From Myxococcota bacterium (GTDB lineage Bacteria; Myxococcota_A; UBA9160; UBA6930), in NCBI GenBank assembly GCA_965223415.1, contig OZ245002.1, forward strand, positions 2,688,001 to 2,752,000: 64,000 nucleotides of DNA, written 5' to 3'. Within the stretch, counting starts at the first letter, position 1; each line of letters starts with the position of its first letter. Both the position numbers and the translations under genes were made by a program. Shown piece after piece: positions 37,756 through 45,650 of the stretch. Under the pieces are notes generated by a model that saw only the letters and a list, made by a program, of their open reading frames with translations, did not search any database and was not told where the DNA came from.

Positions 37756-38433
37756 ATGACCCTCCCGCAGCCCCATCCGGTCGCCGCCCATCCGGCGAGC
37801 GACGAGGAGATCGTTGCGCGCGTCCTCGAGGGCGACGCCGCCCTCTACGAGATCCTGATGCGCCGCCACAACCAGCGGATGTACCGGGCCGTCCGCTCGA
37901 TCCTGAAGAGCGAGAGCGAGGTGGAGGACATCCTGCAGGAGGCCTACCTGGCGGCCTTCGAGCACCTCCGGAGCTTCGACGGCCGGGCGCGGGTCTCCAC
38001 CTGGCTGGTACGGATCGCGGTCAACAAGGCCCTCGATCGGCTGCGACGCTCGTCTCGGCTCGTGGCCCTGGATGGCTGGCCCGAGGAGGACATTCCGGCC
38101 CCCGACCCGCCGGGAGCCGTCGCACCGAGCCCCGAGAGCCAGAGCGTTTCCCACGAGCTCACACGGCTGTTGGCGCGCGCCATCGACGCCCTGCCCGCCA
38201 TCTACCGCAGCGTCTACGTGATGCGCGAGGTGGAAGGGCTCAGCACCGACGACACGGCGGCCTGCCTCGATCTCGAGCCCGCCACGGTGAAGACCCGGCT
38301 CCATCGGGCGCGGGCCCGGCTTCGTGCAGACCTCGTGCGCGAGGTCGGCGCGTCCGCACGGGAGACCTTCTGCTTCGGCTCGACGCGCTGCGACGAGCTG
38401 GTCGCCCGCGTCCTCGGGAGCCTCCCCGCCTGA
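37756..38433 (+). CDS. ECF RNA polymerase sigma-70 factor
   Basis: EDILQEAYL, STWLVRIAVN, region 4 TVKTRLHRAR; C-terminal FCFGSTRCD. Confidence 0.92.
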   Translation: MTLPQPHPVAAHPASDEEIVARVLEGDAALYEILMRRHNQRMYRAVRSILKSESEVEDILQEAYLAAFEHLRSFDGRARVSTWLVRIAVNKALDRLRRSSRLVALDGWPEEDIPAPDPPGAVAPSPESQSVSHELTRLLARAIDALPAIYRSVYVMREVEGLSTDDTAACLDLEPATVKTRLHRARARLRADLVREVGASARETFCFGSTRCDELVARVLGSLPA

Positions 38434-38442
38434 GCGAGGCCT

Positions 38443-39540
38443 CTACCGCGGCTGCGCCGGGTGCAGCCCCTTCTCGCGACCGTACTGCTCGAAGTAGTGG
38501 GTCATCGTGATGCGAAGGGTCTCGCGCAGGCTCGTCTTCGGCTTCCAGCCGAGGCGGGCCTCGGCCTTGCGGATGTCCGGGACGCGGCGGTCGCAATCCT
38601 CGTAGCCCTCGCCGTAGAACTTCTTGCCCGGGATCTCCTCGACCGGGTGCGTGAGGAACGATTCCCTGCCGGTGATCTCGGCGGCGAGCTCGCGCATCAT
38701 GTGCGCGAGCTCCTTCATCGTCACCTCGCCGCCCCGGTTGCCGACGTTGAAGACCTGGTTCTGGGAGCCCCTCGGGTTGTCGAGCATGAGCGTGAGGGCG
38801 TCGACGGCGTCGTCGATGTAGGTGATGGTGCGGTAGGCACCGCCGCCGTCGACGAGCTGGAGCGGCTGGCCGTCGAGAAGGGCTGTCATGAAGCAGGCGA
38901 GCACCCGCGGCACGCCCTCGCCGTCGCGGCCGGGAATGAAGTCCATGCGCGCGCCGAACCAGTTGTAGGGCCGGATGATCGTGAACGGCATCCCGTTCTC
39001 GACGCTGTGGGCGAAGATGTAGCGCTCGAAGAGCTGCTTCGCGGTGGCATAGCTCCAGCGGTGGTTCTTGCTGGGACCCATGATGAGCGGCGTCTCGTCC
39101 TCGCGCTGCTCGTAGAGATCCGGGTCGTCGTAGTCGTCCGCGGGCACGTAGCTGGAGAGCGTGCGGCCGTAGACCTCGCAGGTGGAGGTGTGGATCAGCC
39201 AGCTGCGGTGCTTCGAGCACAGGTCGATCAGCGCGTAGGCGTCGATGAAGTTCGACTGGATCGTCTTCACCGGGCTCGACACGTACTGGGCCGGCGTGCA
39301 GACGGCGGCCAGGGAGAAGACCGCGTCGGCCTCGGCGACGTGGGGCTCGATCTCCTCGAAGGTCGTGTCGGCGTCGATGTAGCGCTGGTGGAAGCTCAGG
39401 TTCGCGTTGTCGAGGTGCTGGGAGATCTTGTCGAAGGACACATCCCAGCCCTCGATGCGGACGTCGCCGGCAGCCAGCAGCCGATCGGTGAGGTGGCTGC
39501 CCACGAAGCCACCGCAGCCGAGGATGATCACCTTCTTCAC
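38443..39540 (-). CDS. UDP-glucuronate decarboxylase family; UDP-apiose/UDP-xylose synthase-like
   Basis: GCGGFVG, AAVCTPAQY, STCEVYG, RWSYATAK, RMDFIPG, GVPRVLACF, FYGEGYED. Confidence 0.8.
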   Translation of the reverse strand: MKKVIILGCGGFVGSHLTDRLLAAGDVRIEGWDVSFDKISQHLDNANLSFHQRYIDADTTFEEIEPHVAEADAVFSLAAVCTPAQYVSSPVKTIQSNFIDAYALIDLCSKHRSWLIHTSTCEVYGRTLSSYVPADDYDDPDLYEQREDETPLIMGPSKNHRWSYATAKQLFERYIFAHSVENGMPFTIIRPYNWFGARMDFIPGRDGEGVPRVLACFMTALLDGQPLQLVDGGGAYRTITYIDDAVDALTLMLDNPRGSQNQVFNVGNRGGEVTMKELAHMMRELAAEITGRESFLTHPVEEIPGKKFYGEGYEDCDRRVPDIRKAEARLGWKPKTSLRETLRITMTHYFEQYGREKGLHPAQPR

Positions 39541-39702
39541 GGCCTTCCCCTCCCACCCGATCGCCGAGCACGACGGCGTGGAATGCTGCGGCGCTCGCAC
39601 AGCTGGACCACATGCCCCCCCGCCTCGGGCGCCCTGGAATTAGCATTCGATGAAGCGGGGCGCGACCTCCCCGCGGGGGAGGCCCACCTCGACCTCCGGG
39701 AC

Positions 39703-39764
39703 TTGAAAACCCCCCTGGCAGGCCGTAGAGTGCGCCGATCGAAATTGAAAGCCAATTTCAATTT
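39703..39764 (+). promoter_or_regulatory. Sigma70 promoter with downstream AT-rich Fur-like palindrome
   Basis: TTGAAA-N17-TAGAGT (39703-39731); perfect AAATTGAAA-N5-TTTCAATTT at 39742-39764. Confidence 0.65.
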
Positions 39765-39796
39765 GGCGCCCCCATCAGCGAGCCCCTGTGAGCCCG

Positions 39797-39985
39797 ATGC
39801 CCGCCTCCTCCACCCGCACCCGCGATTGCCGTTGCGCCTGCGGGAGCCTGCTCGCACGGCAGGTCGGAGGCGGCGTCGAGCTCAAGTGCCGCCGCTGCAA
39901 GCGGACGACCTGGATCCCGCTGGAGAAGCCCAACCCGGAGGCCCGAGGCCGAGCGTCCAGAGCCCAGACGACTGGAGGCGCCTGA
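39797..39985 (+). CDS. Small zinc-ribbon protein (Mu Com-like)
   Basis: DCRCACGSLLAR...ELKCRRCK; stop 1 nt before the porin start. Confidence 0.65.
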   Translation: MPASSTRTRDCRCACGSLLARQVGGGVELKCRRCKRTTWIPLEKPNPEARGRASRAQTTGGA

Positions 39986-39986
39986 C

Positions 39987-41288
39987 ATGGCCCGCCCGCT
40001 CGCTCTCGCTCTGCTCGCCCTCCTCCTGATGCCCGCTGCGGCCTCGTCCGAGGAAGGGGCCGACGCGATCCGCGCCCGGGACGACAAAATCGAAGACCTC
40101 GAACGCAAGGTGGACCTGCTCGTCGACGAGCTCTCCCGCCTGCGCACCCAGGTGGCGGTGCCGGACGAGCCGGAGCTGACCAGCCTCTACGGCCTCGGCC
40201 CAGCGGCCTCCAAGGTCTACGGCCTGGACCGCGGCCTCTCGATCGGCGGCTACGGCGAGGGCTTCTACACGAACTTCGTCGGCGACGAGTCCGACAGCGA
40301 CCGCGACACCGCCGACTTCCTCCGGCTCGTCATGTACATGGGGTACAAGTTCTCGGAGAACATCGTCTTCAACTCCGAGATCGAGTTCGAGCACGCCTCG
40401 ACCGACCGGGCCGGATCGGCCTCCGTCGAGCTGGCCACCCTCGACTTCTTCTGGAAGCCCGAGATGAACTTCCGCGTCGGCATGCTGCTGCTGCCGATGG
40501 GCTTCCTCAACGAGATCCACGAGCCGCCGTTCTTCTACGGCGTCCAGCGCCCCGAAGTCGAGCGTCGCATCCTCCCGAGCACCTGGCGCGAGAACGGCGT
40601 CGGCATCTTCGGACGGATCGGCGAGGGCTTCGAGTACCGCAGCTACGTCACGACGGGCTTCGACGGCTCGCGCTTCTCGGACGCGGGGATCCGCGGCGGT
40701 CGCCAGAAGGGCAGCCAGGCCCTGGCCGAGGACCTCGCCTGGGTCACCCGCGTCGACTACACGCCGGAGCTCGTGCCGGGCCTGCAGGTCGGAGGTTCCT
40801 TCTACGTCGGCGACTCGGGGCAGGACCTCGAGACCGCCGTCGGGGACGTCCCGGACGCGCAGCTGTGGCTCGGCGAGGCGCACCTCCAGTACCGGAACGG
40901 TCCGTTCCACACCCGGGCGCTCTTCGCCATGTCCCGGCTCTCGGACGCCGGCGACCTGAACGCGGCCCTGGGGCGGCCCACGGAAGCGCCGATCGCCGAC
41001 ACCATGCTCGGGGGCTACGCGGAGGTGGCCTACGACGTGTGGCCTGCGCTCTTCGGCAACGAGGAAAAGGCCCTCGAGCCCTTCCTGCGGGTCGAATACG
41101 TGGACACCCAGCATCAGGTGCCGAACGGCTACTCGGCGAACCGCAGCCGCGCGTACTGGCTGTACACGCCGGGCGTCAACTTCTACCCGCACCCGAACGT
41201 GGTGCTCAAGCTCGAGTACCGGAACTTCAACACGCGGGGCGGCACGCGGGCCGACGAGCTGTCCGTGGGGATGGGCTTTGCGTTCTAG
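39987..41288 (+). CDS. Outer-membrane porin (OprO/P-like beta-barrel)
   Basis: Signal peptide, coiled-coil, GGYGE, SEIEFEHA, alternating beta strands, C-terminal Phe. Confidence 0.8.
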   Translation: MARPLALALLALLLMPAAASSEEGADAIRARDDKIEDLERKVDLLVDELSRLRTQVAVPDEPELTSLYGLGPAASKVYGLDRGLSIGGYGEGFYTNFVGDESDSDRDTADFLRLVMYMGYKFSENIVFNSEIEFEHASTDRAGSASVELATLDFFWKPEMNFRVGMLLLPMGFLNEIHEPPFFYGVQRPEVERRILPSTWRENGVGIFGRIGEGFEYRSYVTTGFDGSRFSDAGIRGGRQKGSQALAEDLAWVTRVDYTPELVPGLQVGGSFYVGDSGQDLETAVGDVPDAQLWLGEAHLQYRNGPFHTRALFAMSRLSDAGDLNAALGRPTEAPIADTMLGGYAEVAYDVWPALFGNEEKALEPFLRVEYVDTQHQVPNGYSANRSRAYWLYTPGVNFYPHPNVVLKLEYRNFNTRGGTRADELSVGMGFAF

Positions 41289-41856
41289 GCCTCATCCGAC
41301 GTTGATGGCGCTCGTCCTCTCGCTGGCGTGGGCCTGGCCGGCGGCCGGCGAAGTGTTCGCCTCGAAGCAGGAGGCGCTCGCCTCCGCCTTCCCCGATGCG
41401 GACCGGATCGAGCATCGCTCGGCGGCCCTCGACGACGCCGAGGCCGAACGCGTGCAGAGTGCGGCCCGGGCGCCCCTCGAGAGCCGCCTCGTCACGCTCT
41501 ACACGGCGTGGAAGGACGACCAGCCCGTGGGCTACGCGTTCATCGACGTCCACACGGTACGAACCCTCCCCGAGGCATTCCTCGTCGTCCTGACGCCGGA
41601 GGGTCGGGTTCGCTCGGTTCGCATGCTGGCCTTCTACGAGCCGCCCGAATACCTGCCCTCCGAGCGCTGGCTCGCCCAGTTCGCGTCGGGCGACGCGGAC
41701 GAGATCCACGGCATCGCGGGATCTACCCTCTCCTCCCGGGCGGTTCGCGGCGGCGTGCGCCGATCCCTGGCCCTCTTCGAGCTCCTGGTCGGCCGCGAGC
41801 TGGCCACGGTGGCCGCGGGCAGCGGGGCGACAGCCCCGCCCAGCGGCGGTCGTTAG
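41278..41856 (+). CDS. Periplasmic FMN-binding domain protein
   Basis: Signal peptide; FYEPPEY; IHGIAGSTLSSRAV resembles the [S/T]GA[S/T] flavinylation site; alternative ATG at 41305. Confidence 0.75.
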   Translation: MRSRPHPTLMALVLSLAWAWPAAGEVFASKQEALASAFPDADRIEHRSAALDDAEAERVQSAARAPLESRLVTLYTAWKDDQPVGYAFIDVHTVRTLPEAFLVVLTPEGRVRSVRMLAFYEPPEYLPSERWLAQFASGDADEIHGIAGSTLSSRAVRGGVRRSLALFELLVGRELATVAAGSGATAPPSGGR

Positions 41857-41861
41857 GCGCC

Positions 41862-42365
41862 TTGCGCTTCGTCGTCACCGGCGAATGGAGCCGCAACCGG
41901 CTGCTCCAGACGATCGTCGTGCTCTACGTCGTCTACGTGTTCGGCCTGTGGCTCACGAACTTCGGGCTCTACTTCAACAAGATGGGGCTCACGTACGCCT
42001 CGGTGGTCGAGTACTACCTGGGCTCCGAGGAGCGCTTCCTCCAGCCCCGCAGCTACCAGGGCCTGCTCGAAGTGTCCCACTTCCACTTCTTCGCGATGGG
42101 CATGCTGCTGCTGGTGCTCACCCACTTGATGCTCTTCGTTCCCATCCGGAACAGGACGAAGGCCTGGCTGATCGTGCTGCCCTTCGCCTCGGCCTTCCTC
42201 GAGGAGGGCGCGGGCTGGCTGATCCGCTTCGTCCACCCGGGCTTCGCCTGCCTGAAGATCGGGAGCTTCCTGCTGCTCCAGGGAAGCCTGTTCGCGCTCA
42301 TGGCGATCTCCCTCTGGTCGGTCTTCGCGGCCAGCTCGGCGAGCTATCGCAGCGGCGAGGGCTGA
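41862..42365 (+). CDS. Small 4-TM membrane protein with His motifs
   Basis: TTG start; GLLEVSHFHFFAMG...LTHL; hydrophobic segments. Confidence 0.75.
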   Translation: MRFVVTGEWSRNRLLQTIVVLYVVYVFGLWLTNFGLYFNKMGLTYASVVEYYLGSEERFLQPRSYQGLLEVSHFHFFAMGMLLLVLTHLMLFVPIRNRTKAWLIVLPFASAFLEEGAGWLIRFVHPGFACLKIGSFLLLQGSLFALMAISLWSVFAASSASYRSGEG

Positions 42366-42505
42366 CTCCCACGGAGAGCTTCGAGGGGAGATGCCCTAGG
42401 CCCTGGACTCGGCCACCTGGCCAAGGGACGCGCGCACCCGACCTCCGTTCACGGTTCGACGCCAGCCCGAACCCGGCCACCACCCTCAGCGGGTAAGCTG
42501 GCGCC

Positions 42506-43525
42506 ATGTCGATCGGCTCCCGCGCGTCGGTCCTGGGCGTGACGATCGCCCTCGGCCTGGGGTGCGCGCACGCAGCGCCGCGCGCTCCCGTCCGCGTCGC
42601 GGACGGACGCCCGGCGATGGGGACGGTGCTCGAGATCCGTCTCGACGCGCCGGATGCCGCGGCCGGTCGCGCCCTGCTAGATCGGCTGTTCGGTGAAGTG
42701 GCGGCGATCGAAGCCGAGCTCTCGACCTGGGAGCCGGCGAGCGCCGCCAGCCGCCTGAACGACGCGGCCGGGAGCGGCCCGGTCTCCGTGCCGCCGCGGC
42801 TGCACGCGATCCTCGACCTCTCGTTGCGGGCGGCCCGGGAGACCGACGGCGTGTTCGACGTGACCGTCGGCCCGTTGATCGGGCTCTGGCGCCGGGCCGC
42901 GACGCGCGGGGCCCTGCCGGAGCCGGAGGCCATCGCCACCGCGCGCGACCGCGTCGGTGCGGGCGCCGTGGCCCTCACGCCCGGGCAGGCCTCGCTTCCG
43001 GCGGGCGCCGTCGTGTCCTTCGACGGCGTGGTCAAGGGCTGGGCCCTCGACCGACTGGGCGAGCTGCTGGAGGACGCGGCGGTCACGAACGCACTGCTCG
43101 ATTTCGGTGGCAGCAGCTGGCTTGCCCGCGGCGCGCCCGAAGGACGAGAGGGATGGCGGGTGCTGGTCGCGGGCCGGGCCGGGCGCCGGCTCCTGACGGA
43201 GCTGCGCGACGAGAGCCTCTCCGTCTCCGAGAGCCTCGGCCAGGAGACGCAGATCGGCGAGCGCCGTTTCGGCCACGTGATCGACCCCCGCAGCGGGTGG
43301 CCCGTCGAGGTGCGGCGCCTGGCCGCGGTCCGTGCCGAGGGCGGCGCGGAGGCCGAGGTGTGGAGCACCGCGCTACTCGTCCTCGGCCGGGAGGAAGGAC
43401 GCGCGAAGATCGAAGCCCGGCCGGAGCTCGACGCGCTCTGGCTCGAGGCCGACGGGCGCGCCCACCACACCGCGGGCTTCCCGGTCGAGCGCGTCGTGGG
43501 CCTGCACGACGGCGCTGCACCTTGA
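42506..43525 (+). CDS. apbE: FAD:protein FMN transferase
   Basis: AMGT, FDVTVGPL, VKGWALD, GHVIDPRSG; lipobox LGC. Confidence 0.9.
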   Translation: MSIGSRASVLGVTIALGLGCAHAAPRAPVRVADGRPAMGTVLEIRLDAPDAAAGRALLDRLFGEVAAIEAELSTWEPASAASRLNDAAGSGPVSVPPRLHAILDLSLRAARETDGVFDVTVGPLIGLWRRAATRGALPEPEAIATARDRVGAGAVALTPGQASLPAGAVVSFDGVVKGWALDRLGELLEDAAVTNALLDFGGSSWLARGAPEGREGWRVLVAGRAGRRLLTELRDESLSVSESLGQETQIGERRFGHVIDPRSGWPVEVRRLAAVRAEGGAEAEVWSTALLVLGREEGRAKIEARPELDALWLEADGRAHHTAGFPVERVVGLHDGAAP

Positions 43526-44049
43526 GCCCGGCCGTCGGCCCCTGGACGCGCGCCATGGACGGGCTGCATCGGGCGGGCCTGCGGATCGCGTGGCTGGGCC
43601 TGCGGGTCCTCTTCGTCGTCGCGCGGCCGACGGTCCGCGCTTCCGTCGTGCTGGTGCGTGTCGAAGGCCGGGTGCTGCTGCTCGACAATTCCTACCGGGC
43701 CGAGCCGAGCTTCCCAGGCGGCCTGCTGCGCTGGCGCGAGGATCCACGGGAAGGCGCCCGTCGGGAGCTGGAAGAGGAGGTCGGGCTCCGGGTGGCCGCG
43801 GGGGAGCTGCGCTTCCTCGAGGTGCTCCCCCAGGAGAAGTGGCGCGCGGTGATCCGGCTGCACGTCTACGACCTCGAGCTCGAACGCGAGCCGGAGGTGC
43901 GCATCGACCGGCGCGAGGTGGTTCACGCCGCCTTTCGCACGCCGGAGGAGATCGCGGCGGCGCTCCCAGAGTTTACCGAGCTGATGGCACGGGTCGCTGA
44001 CGCTGCCTCGGATCGCGTGGTAGGGTTCGCCGCGGAGGACCCCTCATGA
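43522..44049 (+). CDS. NUDIX hydrolase
   Basis: FPGG...EDPREGARRELEEEVGL Nudix box; TTGA overlap with apbE (alternative ATG 43555). Confidence 0.8.
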   Translation: MSPAVGPWTRAMDGLHRAGLRIAWLGLRVLFVVARPTVRASVVLVRVEGRVLLLDNSYRAEPSFPGGLLRWREDPREGARRELEEEVGLRVAAGELRFLEVLPQEKWRAVIRLHVYDLELEREPEVRIDRREVVHAAFRTPEEIAAALPEFTELMARVADAASDRVVGFAAEDPS

Positions 44050-44136
44050 CTTCCGTCTCCGGGTTCGCCGCGGAGGACCCCTCATGACTTCCGTCTCCGG
44101 GTTCGCCGCGGAGGACCCCTCATGACTTCCGTCTCC
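44023..44136 (+). repeat. Exact tandem repeat, 3 x 38 bp
   Basis: GGGTTCGCCGCGGAGGACCCCTCATGACTTCCGTCTCC at 44023, 44061 and 44099, no spacers. Confidence 0.97.
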
Positions 44137-44571
44137 GACGCCGATCGCGCTGCCTTCTTCGCGGACGTGGACGCCGCCTGCCGCAAGGCCGTGTGGAGCG
44201 CCGTCGCCACCGTCGCCGGGGACGGGCCGCGGGTGCGGCTCGTCCATCCCACGTGGGAGGGCGACACGCTCTGGTTCGCCACCTCGCCCACGTCGCCGAA
44301 GGCGGCGCAGATCCGCGCCAACCCGAACGTCGACGTGCAGTACCAGGTGGCGCCGCCGGACTTCGTTCACGTGCTGGTACGCGGCCGCGCCGAGATCCTG
44401 GACGACGAGGCGACGAAGAAGCATGTGTGGGAGGTGCTCGACTACGACCTCTCCGACTTCTGGCCCGAGGGCCCCAGCGATCCGGGCTACTGCGCGGTGC
44501 GCATCGCGCCCAGCCGCGTCGAGCTGTCGAAGATGTTCGGCAGCCAGGACAAGCGCGTCTGGCGGGCGTAG
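44122..44571 (+). CDS. Pyridoxamine 5'-phosphate oxidase-like (FMN split-barrel) protein
   Basis: VATV, PRVR, WFAT, KAAQIRANPNV. Confidence 0.85.
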   Translation: MTSVSDADRAAFFADVDAACRKAVWSAVATVAGDGPRVRLVHPTWEGDTLWFATSPTSPKAAQIRANPNVDVQYQVAPPDFVHVLVRGRAEILDDEATKKHVWEVLDYDLSDFWPEGPSDPGYCAVRIAPSRVELSKMFGSQDKRVWRA

Positions 44572-44627
44572 CCGCCCGGCCAAGAGCTCCCGTGCGTGGC
44601 AATCGGGACGAGGTCGCGGCCTCCGTG

Positions 44628-45605
44628 ATGGCGGAGCGCGTGGCCGGCACGCCGCTCTCGGGAACGCTGCTCAGCGCCCTCGACGAGACCGGACGGGTAG
44701 AGGAGGCGGCCCGGGAAGCCGGGCTCGGCTGCGTCTCGTGGTGCCGCAGCCGTGGGCCCTGGCCGGAGGCGAACGGCGCGGACGCCGTCTCCCTGCGCTT
44801 GCCCAAGGGACGCGAGGCGCTGGTGATGTGTCTGCACGCCGTGCTGGCCCGCGCCGCCCCGGGCGCGCCGGTGTTCGTGTTCGGCGCCAACGACGAGGGC
44901 ATCCGGTCCGTTGACAAGCTGCTCGCGCCCTGGCTCGACGATCTTCGGGCGGTGGAGGCCAAGCGACACTGTCGCGTGTGGGGCGGGAGGCTGGCCGGCT
45001 CCGCCGGGCCGTTCCGCGGGGCGCTCGCAGACTGGGAGGAGCCGCTGGAGCTGGAGGCGCCGGGGGGGCCGCTGCGGCTGGTCTCGCTTCCTGGCCTGTT
45101 CGCCCACGGGCGGCTGGACCCGGGAACCGGGCTCCTGCTCGAGGTGCTCGAGGCGCTACCCCGGCCGAAGGCGGCTGCCCGGATCCTCGACTTCGGCTGC
45201 GGCGCCGGCACGATCGGGCTGGCGCTCCTCCGCAGGAGCCCGGGCGCGGAGGTCCACGGCGTGGATCGCGATGCGCTCGCCATCCATGCAGCCCGCCGGA
45301 ACCTGCCGAACGCCCACCTCCACCTGGGCGACGGCTGGGGCGCCGTCCCGGCGGAGCTGCGCTTCGACCTCGTCGCCAGCAACCCGCCCCTCCACACCGG
45401 CAAGGACCAGGACCTGGGCGGCCTCGCCGCGCTGGTCGACGGATGCCGCCGGCGCCTGACCCGCCGCGGTCGCCTCCTGCTGGTGACCCAACGCCCTCTC
45501 CCGATGGGCCCCCTCCTCGCCGAGCACTTCTCCCGCGTCGACATCTCCCGGGAGACCCGCAGCTTTCGGGTCTGGACCGCCACGCAGCAGAGGGGACGTT
45601 CCTGA
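44628..45605 (+). CDS. RsmC-like class I SAM methyltransferase
   Basis: LPGLF...LDPGT, LDFGCGAG, SNPPLH. Confidence 0.82.
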   Translation: MAERVAGTPLSGTLLSALDETGRVEEAAREAGLGCVSWCRSRGPWPEANGADAVSLRLPKGREALVMCLHAVLARAAPGAPVFVFGANDEGIRSVDKLLAPWLDDLRAVEAKRHCRVWGGRLAGSAGPFRGALADWEEPLELEAPGGPLRLVSLPGLFAHGRLDPGTGLLLEVLEALPRPKAAARILDFGCGAGTIGLALLRRSPGAEVHGVDRDALAIHAARRNLPNAHLHLGDGWGAVPAELRFDLVASNPPLHTGKDQDLGGLAALVDGCRRRLTRRGRLLLVTQRPLPMGPLLAEHFSRVDISRETRSFRVWTATQQRGRS

Positions 45606-45650
45606 ACGCGACCCCGTGTTGCGTCGGGGACGTCCCCGGTGTTGCGTTCA
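45582..45650. repeat. REP-like palindrome, family A (degenerate copy)
   Basis: ACGCA..GAGGGGACGTTCCTGAACGCGAC...GTTGCGTCGGGGACGTCCCC..TGTTGCGTTCA; contains the stops of both convergent genes. Confidence 0.75.

Noticed and set aside
42366..42505. 6S RNA or FMN/SAM/glycine riboswitch
   Set aside because: Conserved cores of these RNAs were not found; kept only as a low-interest finding
44023..44136. CRISPR array
   Set aside because: The 38-bp repeats are directly adjacent with no spacers, consist of gene-junction sequence, and no cas genes are present
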